This document shows positions 1-9,397 of a stretch of 64,000 bases of DNA, in pieces; the stretch's first letter is position 1; each line of letters starts with the position of its first letter. Made by a program: the position numbers and the translations under genes. Below the pieces are notes generated by a model, which saw nothing but the letters and a program-made list of their open reading frames with translations, did no database searches and was not told the DNA's origin. This DNA comes from an uncultured Coriobacteriaceae bacterium (GTDB taxonomy: Bacteria > Actinomycetota > Coriobacteriia > Coriobacteriales > Coriobacteriaceae), in contig CALULH010000001.1 in NCBI GenBank assembly GCA_944321435.1, positions 252,452 to 316,451 of the forward strand, read 5' to 3'.

Positions 1-624
1 GGTCACGCCCAAGTGCAGCGGAACCTGCGGCAGCTCCTGCGAGAGCATGCGGTAGGTTTCGATGGTGGTAACCACATCGTGCGCCTTCGCGGACAGGACG
101 ATGTTATCGAACCCGCGGTCCTCAAAGTGCCGTACGAACTCCACGGCCGAGGCGACGAGCTTCTCCGGCAGCGTGAGGCCCGCACGTGCGTCCACGGCGG
201 GATCGAGCGAGCCGGCGTTCACGCCGATGCGGATGGCGCAGCCACGCTCCCCCGCTGCGTCGATAACGGCGTCGACCTTCTCCCAGGAGCCGATGTTGCC
301 AGGGTTGATGCGAAGCTTGGCCGCACCGGCCTCGGCCGCGGCAATGGCCAGCCGGTAGTCGAAATGGATGTCCGCCACGATGGGAACGGGGCTTTCGGCG
401 CAGATGCGCGCGAAAGCGGCGACGGCGTCCTTGCGCGGCAGCGTCACGCGCACGATATCGCACCCGGCCGCGGCAAGCGCGCGCACCTGGGCGAGCGTTG
501 CGTCGGCGTCCTCGGTGGGCGTGCAGGTCATGGACTGCACCACCACGGGGGCACCGCCGCCGATAGTCACGCTGCCCACCTGGGCAGCCCGGGTCTTTGC
601 GCGCGCCCAATCCCGTGCGTCCAT
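1..624 (-). CDS. ispG: 4-hydroxy-3-methylbut-2-enyl diphosphate synthase IspG, N-terminal part; gene runs off the left edge
   Basis: Own translation from ATG at 624-622 gives MDARDWARAKTRAAQVGSVTIGGGAPVVVQSMT... and reaches the window edge as ...ETYRMLSQELPQVPLHLGVT, both IspG/GcpE-like. Absent from the ORF track because there is no stop in the window. Follows dxr-rseP as in many genomes. Confidence 0.9.
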   Translation of the reverse strand, partial: MDARDWARAKTRAAQVGSVTIGGGAPVVVQSMTCTPTEDADATLAQVRALAAAGCDIVRVTLPRKDAVAAFARICAESPVPIVADIHFDYRLAIAAAEAGAAKLRINPGNIGSWEKVDAVIDAAGERGCAIRIGVNAGSLDPAVDARAGLTLPEKLVASAVEFVRHFEDRGFDNIVLSAKAHDVVTTIETYRMLSQELPQVPLHLGVT

Positions 625-636
625 ATCCGCTCCCTT

Positions 637-664
637 CAAAAGGGGCCGGCTCTGCGCCGGCCCC
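637..664 (-). terminator. GC-rich hairpin plus T-run between rseP and ispG (intrinsic terminator or attenuator)
   Basis: Minus-strand RNA reads GGGGCCGGC-GCAGA-GCCGGCCCC-UUUU directly after the rseP stop, followed by a GAAGGGAG Shine-Dalgarno for ispG. Confidence 0.45.
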
Positions 665-678
665 GCCCTGTGCGCAGC

Positions 679-2046
679 TTAGAAGAAGAACCGCAGCACG
701 TCTTGCCGCAACATGTAGACGAACAGCAGCATAAGCAGGCCAACGCCGACGTAGGAAAGGGCGTTCTGCACCTTCATGGAAACCGGGCGGCGTATGACGG
801 CCTGAATGATCTCGATGAGCAGCTTCCCACCGTCCAAGGGCGGAATGGGAAGCAGGTTCATAAAGCCGAGCGAGAAGGACAGCGCCGCCGCGAAGTTGAG
901 GAAGGTCGAAGCGCCGGCGGCTGCGGCCTGGCCGGACATGACGGCGATGCCCACCACCGACGATGAGGTGGAGAGCACCTCCATGGTATGGCTCGGCACG
1001 AGCAAGCGCGCAATGGCCTGCGCCGTCGCGCCGATGGTCGCCGCCGTCACGCGCGCCGAGTCAAGCGGATTGAGCCGGATACGCTCTTGCAGGATCGAGA
1101 TGCCGAAGGGCTCGCCCTCGTCGAGCGAGGTCTCGGCTGCATGGGCGGACCCGTCGCGCTCGTAGGTGATCTCAAAGGATCCCGTGCCCTCGACAGCGTC
1201 GATCTGAGTCAGGATGTCCGTCCACGTATCGGTTTCGACGCCCGCGATCGAAGTGATGCGGTCCCCCGCCTCGATGCCGAGCTCGTCGGCAACCGACCCT
1301 TGCGTCACACCGCCGATCTGGTTCACATCGTAAGAGACGTCGTAGCCGATCACAGAGAACACGCTCATCATGAGCAGGAACCCGACGACGATGTTGACCG
1401 CAATGCCCGCAACCAACATGAAGGCTCGTTTCCAAAAGCCCTTGCCCACGTAGGTGCGGGATCGCTCTGATTTGAAGAACGCATCGGCGCCCATGGCGGG
1501 AACCCAGGGCTCGCCCTGGTCCGTGGCGTTCGCTCGGTCAAAGCGGCGACCGTCGTAGACAGTGAGGCCCGCGGCATCGCGTGGCATGGACTCGTACGTG
1601 GTGGCGTAGAACCTGCCGTCGGGTTTCTCGCCCTTCTCGGGGTCGTAATACGGGGCGACGGACCCCCATCCGAGAAGCGAGACGCACAGGCTGAGCGCGC
1701 GCTCCTCATCCACGTCCAGCTCGCGCGCCAGATCGTCGACGGAAACGCGGCCGCGCTCGTGGATAAGCGCAAGCGCCTGCGGACCCAGCTCGTCGTCAAA
1801 GGGCTCCATGCCGCAGATCATGGCGTAACCGCCGATGAGCAGCGGCGTGACGCCGAACTTGGTGCCTATGCGCCGCGAAACGCGATGCAGGTTGATCCGG
1901 CAGGGCATACCCAGGAAGAACTCCGTCACGCGCACGCCACAAGCCCGCGCCGCCAAGAAGTGACCGCCCTCGTGCACGAACACGAGCACGGAGATCACCA
2001 CGACGAACCAGAACAGCGACGTGGCGACCGTTATGATGGTGTCCAC
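679..2046 (-). CDS. rseP: RIP metalloprotease RseP (site-2 protease, M50 family, with PDZ domain)
   Basis: HEGGH zinc motif near the N-terminus, multiple TM segments, C-terminal NLLPIPPLDGG motif. GTG start at 2046. Position after dxr. Confidence 0.9.
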   Translation of the reverse strand: MDTIITVATSLFWFVVVISVLVFVHEGGHFLAARACGVRVTEFFLGMPCRINLHRVSRRIGTKFGVTPLLIGGYAMICGMEPFDDELGPQALALIHERGRVSVDDLARELDVDEERALSLCVSLLGWGSVAPYYDPEKGEKPDGRFYATTYESMPRDAAGLTVYDGRRFDRANATDQGEPWVPAMGADAFFKSERSRTYVGKGFWKRAFMLVAGIAVNIVVGFLLMMSVFSVIGYDVSYDVNQIGGVTQGSVADELGIEAGDRITSIAGVETDTWTDILTQIDAVEGTGSFEITYERDGSAHAAETSLDEGEPFGISILQERIRLNPLDSARVTAATIGATAQAIARLLVPSHTMEVLSTSSSVVGIAVMSGQAAAAGASTFLNFAAALSFSLGFMNLLPIPPLDGGKLLIEIIQAVIRRPVSMKVQNALSYVGVGLLMLLFVYMLRQDVLRFFF

Positions 2047-2047
2047 G

Positions 2048-3232
2048 CTAGCTCCTCGCGCTCAGATACCGCGCGGCCTCGGTACGGGCGGCACGGTCGA
2101 TGTCCCACAGTTGCTCAAGGGACTCTACCCGTTCGGCGCTGAAGCGATTCATGGTGTGCTCGACCGCCGCGTCGATATCGGTGAAGCCGCACGACCCTGA
2201 AAGGAAGGCCGCCACGGCGATCTCATTGGCCGCGTTGAGCACGCACGGAAGGGTGCCGCCGGCGCGGCCCGCCTCGAGTGCCAGCGCGAGGCATCGAAAG
2301 GCCTCGGTGTCCGGTGCGCCGAAGGTCAGTCCGCCCAGCTCGCGGAAATCGAGGCGCGGCGCCGGCGTATCCCAACGATCGGGGTACGAGAAGGCGTATT
2401 GGATGGGAATGCGCATGTCAGACGCGCCCAGATGCGCGATCACCGAGCCGTCCGCGTACTCAACCATGGAGTGGATCTTGCTCTCACGCTGGACCACTAC
2501 GTTGATGAAGTCCATGGGAACGCCGAAGAGGTGATGCGCTTCGATGCACTCCAGGCCCTTGTTCATGAGCGTGGCTGAGTCCACGGTGATCTTGGCGCCC
2601 ATGTTCCACGTGGGATGGGCGAGCGCGTCGTCGCGCGTGACCTGGGCGAGCTCGGCGCGGCTGCGCCCAAAGAACGGCCCTCCCGAGCAGGTGAGCCAGA
2701 TGGCGTGCGCCTGGTCGGCCTTCTCGCCCAAATAGCACTGGAATATGGCCGAGTGCTCGGAATCGACGGGGATGAGCTCCCCGCTCCGCGCAGCCAACGG
2801 CATGATGAGGTCGCCGGCGATGACCAGGGACTCCTTGTTCGCCAACCCGACGCGCTTGCCGGCCTCGAGCGCACGTGCGCACGACCATACGCCGATAGCG
2901 CCCACGAGCGCCACGATGACCACGTCGACGTCGTCCTGGCAGCCGATCTGCGCGACAGCGTCCTCGCCGAAGGAAAGCGCGCATCCTGAAGGAAGATCCC
3001 CGAGCGCCGGGTCGTCCTTACGGGATGCATCGGCAACGGCCACGCGCGACGGGCGGAACTCCTGCGCCGCCCGTGCGAGAAACGCCGTCGACGTGTTGAC
3101 CGAGAGCGCCACGACCTTGAGCTTGTCGGCGTGCTGGCGGCATACGTCGAGCGTCTGCGTGCCAATGGAACCAGAGCAGCCGAGAACCGCCACCCGCAGG
3201 CGCCGGTCTTCCGTTTGCGAATGCGCGAGCAT
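2048..3232 (-). CDS. dxr: 1-deoxy-D-xylulose 5-phosphate reductoisomerase
   Basis: N-terminal VAVLGCSGSIGTQTL NADPH-binding motif, typical Dxr length (394 aa), conserved cdsA-dxr-rseP context. Confidence 0.95.
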   Translation of the reverse strand: MLAHSQTEDRRLRVAVLGCSGSIGTQTLDVCRQHADKLKVVALSVNTSTAFLARAAQEFRPSRVAVADASRKDDPALGDLPSGCALSFGEDAVAQIGCQDDVDVVIVALVGAIGVWSCARALEAGKRVGLANKESLVIAGDLIMPLAARSGELIPVDSEHSAIFQCYLGEKADQAHAIWLTCSGGPFFGRSRAELAQVTRDDALAHPTWNMGAKITVDSATLMNKGLECIEAHHLFGVPMDFINVVVQRESKIHSMVEYADGSVIAHLGASDMRIPIQYAFSYPDRWDTPAPRLDFRELGGLTFGAPDTEAFRCLALALEAGRAGGTLPCVLNAANEIAVAAFLSGSCGFTDIDAAVEHTMNRFSAERVESLEQLWDIDRAARTEAARYLSARS

Positions 3233-4150
3233 CTAGAGCACCCCTCCGATCACGAGCATAAGGTAGGCGGTGATAGCGCCGAAGATGAGCGAGTCACTGC
3301 GGTCGAGCATGCCGCCATGCCCGGGAATGAGATTGCCGGAGTCCTTGACGCCCGCCCCGCGCTTGATGCGGGAGGCGATAAGGTCGCCGATCACGCCGAG
3401 CACCCCCACCACGATGCCGCACACAACGGCGTACCAGACAGAAAGCTGGTACTGCCCCGTTGCCCAGAGGATGATCCAGATGAGCACCGAGCCGGCCAAC
3501 CCGCCGAAGAAGCCCTCCCAGGACTTCTTAGGGCTGATCTTGGGCACCATCTTGTGCTTGCCGAAGCGGCTGCCCACCAGGTAGGCGAATGAGTCGCTCA
3601 CCCACAGCGACGCGCAGACGCCGATGGCGAGCAGCGCCCCCGGGAACCCGGGGACCGCGTCGCGCACGAGCACGATGGCCGAGAGCATGAATCCCGTGTA
3701 AAGGGGCCCCAAGGCCGTAACGGCAACGTCCGCGATGCGGGTGCGGGGCGACACCACGTACCAGAGCCCCAGCGAGAGCACCAGCAAAAAGAGGAGCGCC
3801 GTAAGGTAGATGGGGCTGACGAGCGCCGATAACGGGAACAGCACCGCGGCGAGCAACCCCAGGAACTCATTGGGCATCTTGCCGTCAATACGCATCATGC
3901 GGTAGAACTCAAAGCAGCACAGCCAGCTCATGACCGAGGTGAAGACCGCGGTGGCAATGCGCCCGAGCAGCAGGCAGGCGATGAACACCACGGCATAGAT
4001 CACGCCGAACCACGCGCGCACCAAAAAGCGCTTGAAGGCGCCGTTCGGCTCCGCGCCCGCCGGCGCTCCCCCGTTTTTGGCCGCGGTACCGCTCCTCACC
4101 GGTTGGTCGAACGCCTCGAGCTGCTCCTGCAGCCGGTTGTGCTCCTCCAC
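3233..4150 (-). CDS. cdsA: phosphatidate cytidylyltransferase
   Basis: Polytopic membrane protein with the C-terminal CDS signature region (SRIKRGAGVKDSGNLIPGHGGMLDRSDS). GTG start with AGGAG upstream. Confidence 0.9.
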   Translation of the reverse strand: MEEHNRLQEQLEAFDQPVRSGTAAKNGGAPAGAEPNGAFKRFLVRAWFGVIYAVVFIACLLLGRIATAVFTSVMSWLCCFEFYRMMRIDGKMPNEFLGLLAAVLFPLSALVSPIYLTALLFLLVLSLGLWYVVSPRTRIADVAVTALGPLYTGFMLSAIVLVRDAVPGFPGALLAIGVCASLWVSDSFAYLVGSRFGKHKMVPKISPKKSWEGFFGGLAGSVLIWIILWATGQYQLSVWYAVVCGIVVGVLGVIGDLIASRIKRGAGVKDSGNLIPGHGGMLDRSDSLIFGAITAYLMLVIGGVL

Positions 4151-4198
4151 GTGGTACTCCTGTGCATCAAAGTCGGGCGCCGCCGCGCGGCGCGGTTG

Positions 4199-4984
4199 CT
4201 ATTTCTTGGAAAGTCCACCGAACCGCCGGTCGCGCCCTTGGAAGGCGAGAAGCGCCTTGACGTAACCCCAGCGGTCGAAATCGGGCCAGTAGGTGTCGGT
4301 AACGTAGAACTCGGCATAAGCCACCTGCCAGAGCAGGTAGTTTGAAAGCCGCAGCTCCCCGGAAGTCCGGATGACGAGCTCAGGATCGGGCAAGCCTGCA
4401 GTGTAAAGCCTGCTGGCCACGAGCTTGTCGTCCACCGAGACGGGGTCGATCCTGCCGGCAGCTGCCTCGGCGGCGATCTCGCGGCAGGCGCGCGTGATCT
4501 CCGCACGGGCCCCGTAGTTCACCGCCAGGGCGAGCACCATGCCCGTATGGCCGGCGGTCTCCTTCAAGCCGTATTCGAACACCTCGCGCGTCTTCTTGGG
4601 AAGCGCCTCGATATCGCCTAAGAAGACCACGCGGACGTTCTCGCGCCGCAGCAGCGGCAGCTCGTCGATGAAGGTCTTGGCGAAAAGGTGCATGAGCACG
4701 TTGACCTCGTGGGCGGGCCTGTTCCAGTTCTCCGTGGAGAACGCATAGGCGGAGAGTACGTCTATACCCAAGCGCACGCTTGCCGTGATGATCTCACGGA
4801 GGGCGACGATGCCCGCCTTGTGGCCCTCGGAACGCCCCAGGCCGCGCGCCGTCGCCCAGCGCCCGTTTCCGTCCATGATGATGGAAACGTGCTTGGGCAG
4901 GCGCGCGCGGTCGAGATGCGAGAACGGGGCATCTGCGGGCTCGTCCGCAAAATATGCGGCGAGCTTCTCCTCATCGACCTGCAT
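4199..4984 (-). CDS. uppS: isoprenyl transferase (undecaprenyl diphosphate synthase)
   Basis: HVSIIMDGNGRWA and ELRLSNYLLWQVAYAEFY motifs. Confidence 0.95.
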   Translation of the reverse strand: MQVDEEKLAAYFADEPADAPFSHLDRARLPKHVSIIMDGNGRWATARGLGRSEGHKAGIVALREIITASVRLGIDVLSAYAFSTENWNRPAHEVNVLMHLFAKTFIDELPLLRRENVRVVFLGDIEALPKKTREVFEYGLKETAGHTGMVLALAVNYGARAEITRACREIAAEAAAGRIDPVSVDDKLVASRLYTAGLPDPELVIRTSGELRLSNYLLWQVAYAEFYVTDTYWPDFDRWGYVKALLAFQGRDRRFGGLSKK

Positions 4985-5518
4985 TTAAATCTCCATGACC
5001 TCGGTCTCTTTGTCTTTGAGCAGCTTGTCGATCTTGGCCACGTAGGTGTCGGTGGCCTTCTGGACCTTGGCCTGCTCGCGGCGAACCTCGTCCTCGGAGA
5101 GCTCCTCGTTGCGCTCGATCTTGGCATTCTCCTCGCGACGGATGTTGCGGATGGAGACGCGCGCGTGCTCGGCGAGCTCGCGGCACTCCTTCACCAGCTC
5201 GCGGCGGCGCTCCTCGGTGGGCGCCGGGAACGGAAGGCGGATGCAGGTGCCGTCGTTGGTGGGGGTGATGCCCAAATCGGAGGCGGAGATGGCCTTCTCC
5301 ACCGCGCCGAGGATGGACTTGTCCCACGGCTCAACCACGAGCATGTGCGCCTCGGGCACCTTCACGCCGGCAAGCTGGTTGATGGGCGTGGGCGCGCCAT
5401 AGTAGTCAACCGAGATGTCGGCCAGGATGCTGGCGTTGGCACGGCCGGTGCGCACCTTGGAGAACTGGTGCAGCAGGCTGTCGATGGTCTTGTCCATACG
5501 GGCGTTGATGTCTGCCAT
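4985..5518 (-). CDS. frr: ribosome recycling factor
   Basis: 177 aa, typical Frr sequence (VRTGRANASILADISVDYYG...). GGGAGG Shine-Dalgarno. Confidence 0.95.
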   Translation of the reverse strand: MADINARMDKTIDSLLHQFSKVRTGRANASILADISVDYYGAPTPINQLAGVKVPEAHMLVVEPWDKSILGAVEKAISASDLGITPTNDGTCIRLPFPAPTEERRRELVKECRELAEHARVSIRNIRREENAKIERNEELSEDEVRREQAKVQKATDTYVAKIDKLLKDKETEVMEI

Positions 5519-5534
5519 ATGCGGGTGCCTCCCT

Positions 5535-6257
5535 TTACTCCTCGCGCACGACGACGGTGCCCACCGGCTCGCCGCAGAGCGCCTTGCGGATATTGTCCTC
5601 GCCCTCGATATTGAAGACGATCATCGGCATGTCGTTGTCCTGGCACAGCGCCGTTGCCGTGGAGTCCATGACGTGAAGGTCGCGCACGAGCACGTCGTGG
5701 TAGGTGATGCGGTCAAAACGGATGGCGTCGGGGTTCTTGACCGGGTCGCTGTCGTAGATGCCGTCGACCTTGGTGGCCTTCATGAGGCACTCGGCGTTGA
5801 TCTCGCACGCGCGCAGCGCGGCGGCCGTGTCGGTGGTGAAGTAGGGGTTGCCCGAGCCTGCGGCGAAGATGACCACGTTGCCCTTCTCCAGGTGGTGGAT
5901 GGCGCGGCGGCGAATGTAGGGCTCGCACACCTCGTCCATATGGATGGCGCTCATGACGCGGCAGGGGCAGTTCTCGTGCTCGATGGCGTCCTGCAGGGCA
6001 AGCGCGTTCATAACCGTAGCCAGCATGCCCATGTAATCTGCCTGGCTGCGATCCATGCCCTCGGCAGAGCCCGCAAGGCCGCGGAAGATGTTGCCGCCGC
6101 CCACCACGACGCCGACCTCGATGCCGTCATCATGCAGCGTTTTGATCTGGCGGGCCAGGCGGTCGGTGACCGCCGGGTCGATGCCGAAGCCGGCCTCCCC
6201 CATCAGGGCCTCGCCGGACAGCTTCAGGAGCACGCGCTTGTACAGGTACGCGGACAC
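5535..6257 (-). CDS. pyrH: UMP kinase
   Basis: [13 protein letters not shown] and GGGNIFRG motifs. Start moved to GTG at 6257, which lies 5 nt after a perfect AAGGAGG; the track ORF extends to 6359. Confidence 0.93.
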   Translation of the reverse strand: MSAYLYKRVLLKLSGEALMGEAGFGIDPAVTDRLARQIKTLHDDGIEVGVVVGGGNIFRGLAGSAEGMDRSQADYMGMLATVMNALALQDAIEHENCPCRVMSAIHMDEVCEPYIRRRAIHHLEKGNVVIFAAGSGNPYFTTDTAAALRACEINAECLMKATKVDGIYDSDPVKNPDAIRFDRITYHDVLVRDLHVMDSTATALCQDNDMPMIVFNIEGEDNIRKALCGEPVGTVVVREE

Positions 6258-6379
6258 GGGAACCTCCTTGTGGTTGCGTGAAACTTTTCCCATTCTACCA
6301 TCGCGGGCACAACGCGCCATAGAAAAGCAGGCTGCGGGCGCAAACCCACAGCCTGCCAAAGATGCGCGAGCGCTTGGTG

Positions 6380-7258
6380 CTACTCGGCGTCGTCGCCCAG
6401 GACCACGCGGTCGAAGCCGACGACGGTGATGGTGTCGCCGAGCTCCTTGGAGACCTGCGCGGCGTACTTGCTGATGGTCAGCGAGCTGTCCTTGATGAAC
6501 TCCTGCTCGGTCAGGACGAAGCTCTTGAAGAACTTCTCGAGACGGCCCTGGGCCATCTTCTCCTGGATGTTCTCGGGCTTGCCGGACTCAGCGGCCTGCT
6601 GCTTGTAGATGGCGAGCTCGTGGTCGATGGTCTCAGCCGGGACATCCTCGCGACGAGCGCAGATGGGCGCGGTGGCCGCAACCTGCATGGCGACGTCGTG
6701 GGCGAAGGCGCGGAAGGACTCGGCCTCCGCGGTCTCGGGCTTCTCGAAGGCGAACTCGACGAGCACGCCGATCTTGCCGCCCAGGTGGACGTAGGAGTCC
6801 AGAGCGCCGTTCTCAACCGCGCGACGGCTGAAGCGGGCGATCTTCATGTTCTCGCCGAAGGTGTGGATGCGCTCCTTGAGCTCGCCGTCCACGGTGTCCT
6901 GGGCCATCGGGCAGGCCAGGAAGGCCTCCACGTCGGCCGGGTTCTCGGTGGCGACAACCTCGGCCAGGTCGCGGGCGAAGCCGGTGAACTTGGCGTTGGT
7001 GCCCACGAAGTCGGTCTCGCAGTTGACCTCGACGAGGGCGCCGGTCTTCTTGTCCTCGCTGATGAAGGCGCCGATGGTGCCCTCGTTAGTCTCACGGCCG
7101 GCCTTCTTGGCGGCAGCGGCAAGGCCGCGGGTGCGCAGGACGTCGACGGCCTTCTCGAGGTCGCCCTCAGCCTCGACGAGGGCCTTCTTGCACTCCATCA
7201 TCGGGGAGTCGGTCATCTCGCGGAGCTGCTTGACGAGGGCTGCGGTAACGGTTGCCAT
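6380..7258 (-). CDS. tsf: translation elongation factor Ts
   Basis: N-terminal UBA-like [19 protein letters not shown] motif; rpsB-tsf-pyrH-frr order. Confidence 0.95.
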   Translation of the reverse strand: MATVTAALVKQLREMTDSPMMECKKALVEAEGDLEKAVDVLRTRGLAAAAKKAGRETNEGTIGAFISEDKKTGALVEVNCETDFVGTNAKFTGFARDLAEVVATENPADVEAFLACPMAQDTVDGELKERIHTFGENMKIARFSRRAVENGALDSYVHLGGKIGVLVEFAFEKPETAEAESFRAFAHDVAMQVAATAPICARREDVPAETIDHELAIYKQQAAESGKPENIQEKMAQGRLEKFFKSFVLTEQEFIKDSSLTISKYAAQVSKELGDTITVVGFDRVVLGDDAE

Positions 7259-7331
7259 GTGCGTTCCTCTCTCTTGCTACCTTGCTTATGCGACAGGGTA
7301 AGCGGCGGGCGAGCCCGCCGCATTGCAGTGC

Positions 7332-8087
7332 TTACTCAGCTGCGGGGGCAGCGTCCTGGTCGGCGGAAGCCTCGCCGGCCATCTCAGCCTCGGAGATCTG
7401 CTCCTTGCCGGAACCAGCCAGAATGGCGTCGGCCACCAGGTTGGTCATCAGAGAGATGGCGGAGATGGCATCGTCGTTGCTCGGAATGCCGTACTCGACC
7501 TCGTCGGGATCGGAGTTGGTGTCAAGCAGGGCCACCACGGGGATGTGCAGGCGCTGGGCCTCCTTGATGGCGATCTCCTCGCGCTTGGTGTCGATGACGA
7601 AGAGGGCCTGCGGCACGGACTTCATGGTGCGGGCGCCGCCCAGGTTCTTCTGGAGCTTCTCGAGCTCCTTGCCCAGCACAGCCTGCTCCTTCTTGGGCAG
7701 GGTGGCCATCGTGCCGTTCTCAACCATGGCCTCGAGCTCCTCCATGCGGTTCATACGGGAGCGGATGGTCACGAAGTTGGTCAGCATGCCGCCGAGCCAG
7801 CGCTGGTTGATGTAGGGCATGCCGCAACGCTCCGCAGCCTGGGCCACAACCTCCTGGGCCTGCTTCTTGGTGCCCACGAACAGCACGTTGCCGCCCTGGG
7901 CAGCGGTGTTGCGCAGGAAGGTGTAGGCCTTGTCGGCAGCCAGAACGGTCTGCTTGAGGTCGAGGATGTAGATGCCATTGCGCTCGCCGAAGATGTAGGA
8001 CTTCATCTTGGGGTTCCAGCGGCGGGTCTGGTGGCCGAAGTGGCACCCGGCCTCGAGGAGCGTGCGCAGGTTGATCTGAGTAGCCAT
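7332..8087 (-). CDS. rpsB: 30S ribosomal protein S2
   Basis: LLEAGCHFGHQTRRWNPKM motif; GGAGG Shine-Dalgarno. Confidence 0.96.
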   Translation of the reverse strand: MATQINLRTLLEAGCHFGHQTRRWNPKMKSYIFGERNGIYILDLKQTVLAADKAYTFLRNTAAQGGNVLFVGTKKQAQEVVAQAAERCGMPYINQRWLGGMLTNFVTIRSRMNRMEELEAMVENGTMATLPKKEQAVLGKELEKLQKNLGGARTMKSVPQALFVIDTKREEIAIKEAQRLHIPVVALLDTNSDPDEVEYGIPSNDDAISAISLMTNLVADAILAGSGKEQISEAEMAGEASADQDAAPAAE

Positions 8088-8379
8088 GTTTACCTCCGTT
8101 TTGGTTGGCCTCCGCGCGGTGTCTTCCCCCGCGTCCCACCCCTATGGCTTTGGGGCACCACGGGACGGGAGTAGCCGCGCGTGCGTGATAGGTACGGTTG
8201 CCGAGCGGCAACCTGCGCTATGATACCAGCTCCCCGCCTTGATTCCAACACCCATCTGCCGTTCCCCCACATCCTCTGCATGCGCGCCCGCAGCCCGCCT
8301 CCCCCGCCGCATCCGCAGCCGTCCGACCCGCTGGAGGGCAACGGGACCGGCCCGGAAGCACGACTACGCGGGCGCAGGC

Positions 8380-9393
8380 TCATTCGCCCCGCGGATGGGC
8401 CTGCCGCAGCGCGTCCTTCAGGCGATCGGGGGTCAGGTGCGTGTAGATCTGCGTGGTGGCGAGCTGGCTGTGCCCGAGCAGCTCCTGAACGCTGCGCAGG
8501 TCCGCGCCCCCGGCGAGAAGATCGGTGGCGAAGGTATGACGCATGGCGTGCGGCGTGATGTCGGCCGGCAAGCCCGCCGCGCGGCAGAGCCTCTCGAACC
8601 GGTAGCGCAGGGCGCCGGACGACATGCGCCCGCCACGGGCCGAGATGAAAAGCGGCCCGGCGGCCGAGCCGCGGCGCGCCGCGCGGCTCCCAGGTGACGC
8701 GGCCACAGACTCGGCCTGCAGGGACGCCCGGCCCAAAACGCCCTCCGTGCCGCCAGCGTGCGCGCGGGCGAGAAGGACGGGGCGGCCGTCGTCCAGGTAG
8801 GCGCGCGTTGCCTCGAGCGCGCGCCGGTAGATCGGGACGATGCGCTCCTTGGAGCCCTTGCCGAAGAGGCGCGCCACGCGCTCGCCGAAGTCGATGTCCT
8901 CGACGTCCAACCTTGACAGCTCGGAGATGCGCGCGCCTGTTGCGTAGAAGAGCTCCAGCATGGCGCGGTCGCGCAGCCCGTCGGGCGTGGACGCATCGGG
9001 GGCGTCGAGCAAGCGCGCCAGATCGTCGTGCGTCACGGTGCGCGGCAGCCGCTTGGGCAGCTTGGGGCTCTGCACCGTCGAGGAGACGTCTGTGTCGATG
9101 CGCCCCTCGGCCATCATCCAACGGTACAGGGAGCGGATGGACGAGAGGTGCGCCTGCACCGTGGCGGGAGCGTAGCGCGCCGCGTGCATCTCTCCCAGAT
9201 AGCGGCGGAAGTCGCGCGGGGCGAGCACGAACGGGTCGGCGCCTTCGCGCTCGAGCCAGCGCGCGAAGGCCTCCAGGTGGCCCGCGTAGGCGCGCACCGT
9301 CTCAGGCGAGTAGCCCCGCACGCTCGCCAGCGACGCCGTGAAGTCGTCAACGCACGAAAGGAAGCGCGCGAGCCGCCCGTCTGCCTTCCCCAT
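8380..9393 (-). CDS. xerC: site-specific tyrosine recombinase XerC/XerD family
   Basis: ARISEL...GKGSKERIVPI...HAMRHTFATDLL...LLGHSQLATTQIYTH catalytic motifs. Follows trmFO as codV/xerC does in Firmicutes. Start set at MGKADG (9393), just after the trmFO stop. Confidence 0.85.
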   Translation of the reverse strand: MGKADGRLARFLSCVDDFTASLASVRGYSPETVRAYAGHLEAFARWLEREGADPFVLAPRDFRRYLGEMHAARYAPATVQAHLSSIRSLYRWMMAEGRIDTDVSSTVQSPKLPKRLPRTVTHDDLARLLDAPDASTPDGLRDRAMLELFYATGARISELSRLDVEDIDFGERVARLFGKGSKERIVPIYRRALEATRAYLDDGRPVLLARAHAGGTEGVLGRASLQAESVAASPGSRAARRGSAAGPLFISARGGRMSSGALRYRFERLCRAAGLPADITPHAMRHTFATDLLAGGADLRSVQELLGHSQLATTQIYTHLTPDRLKDALRQAHPRGE

Positions 9394-9397
9394 GGCG

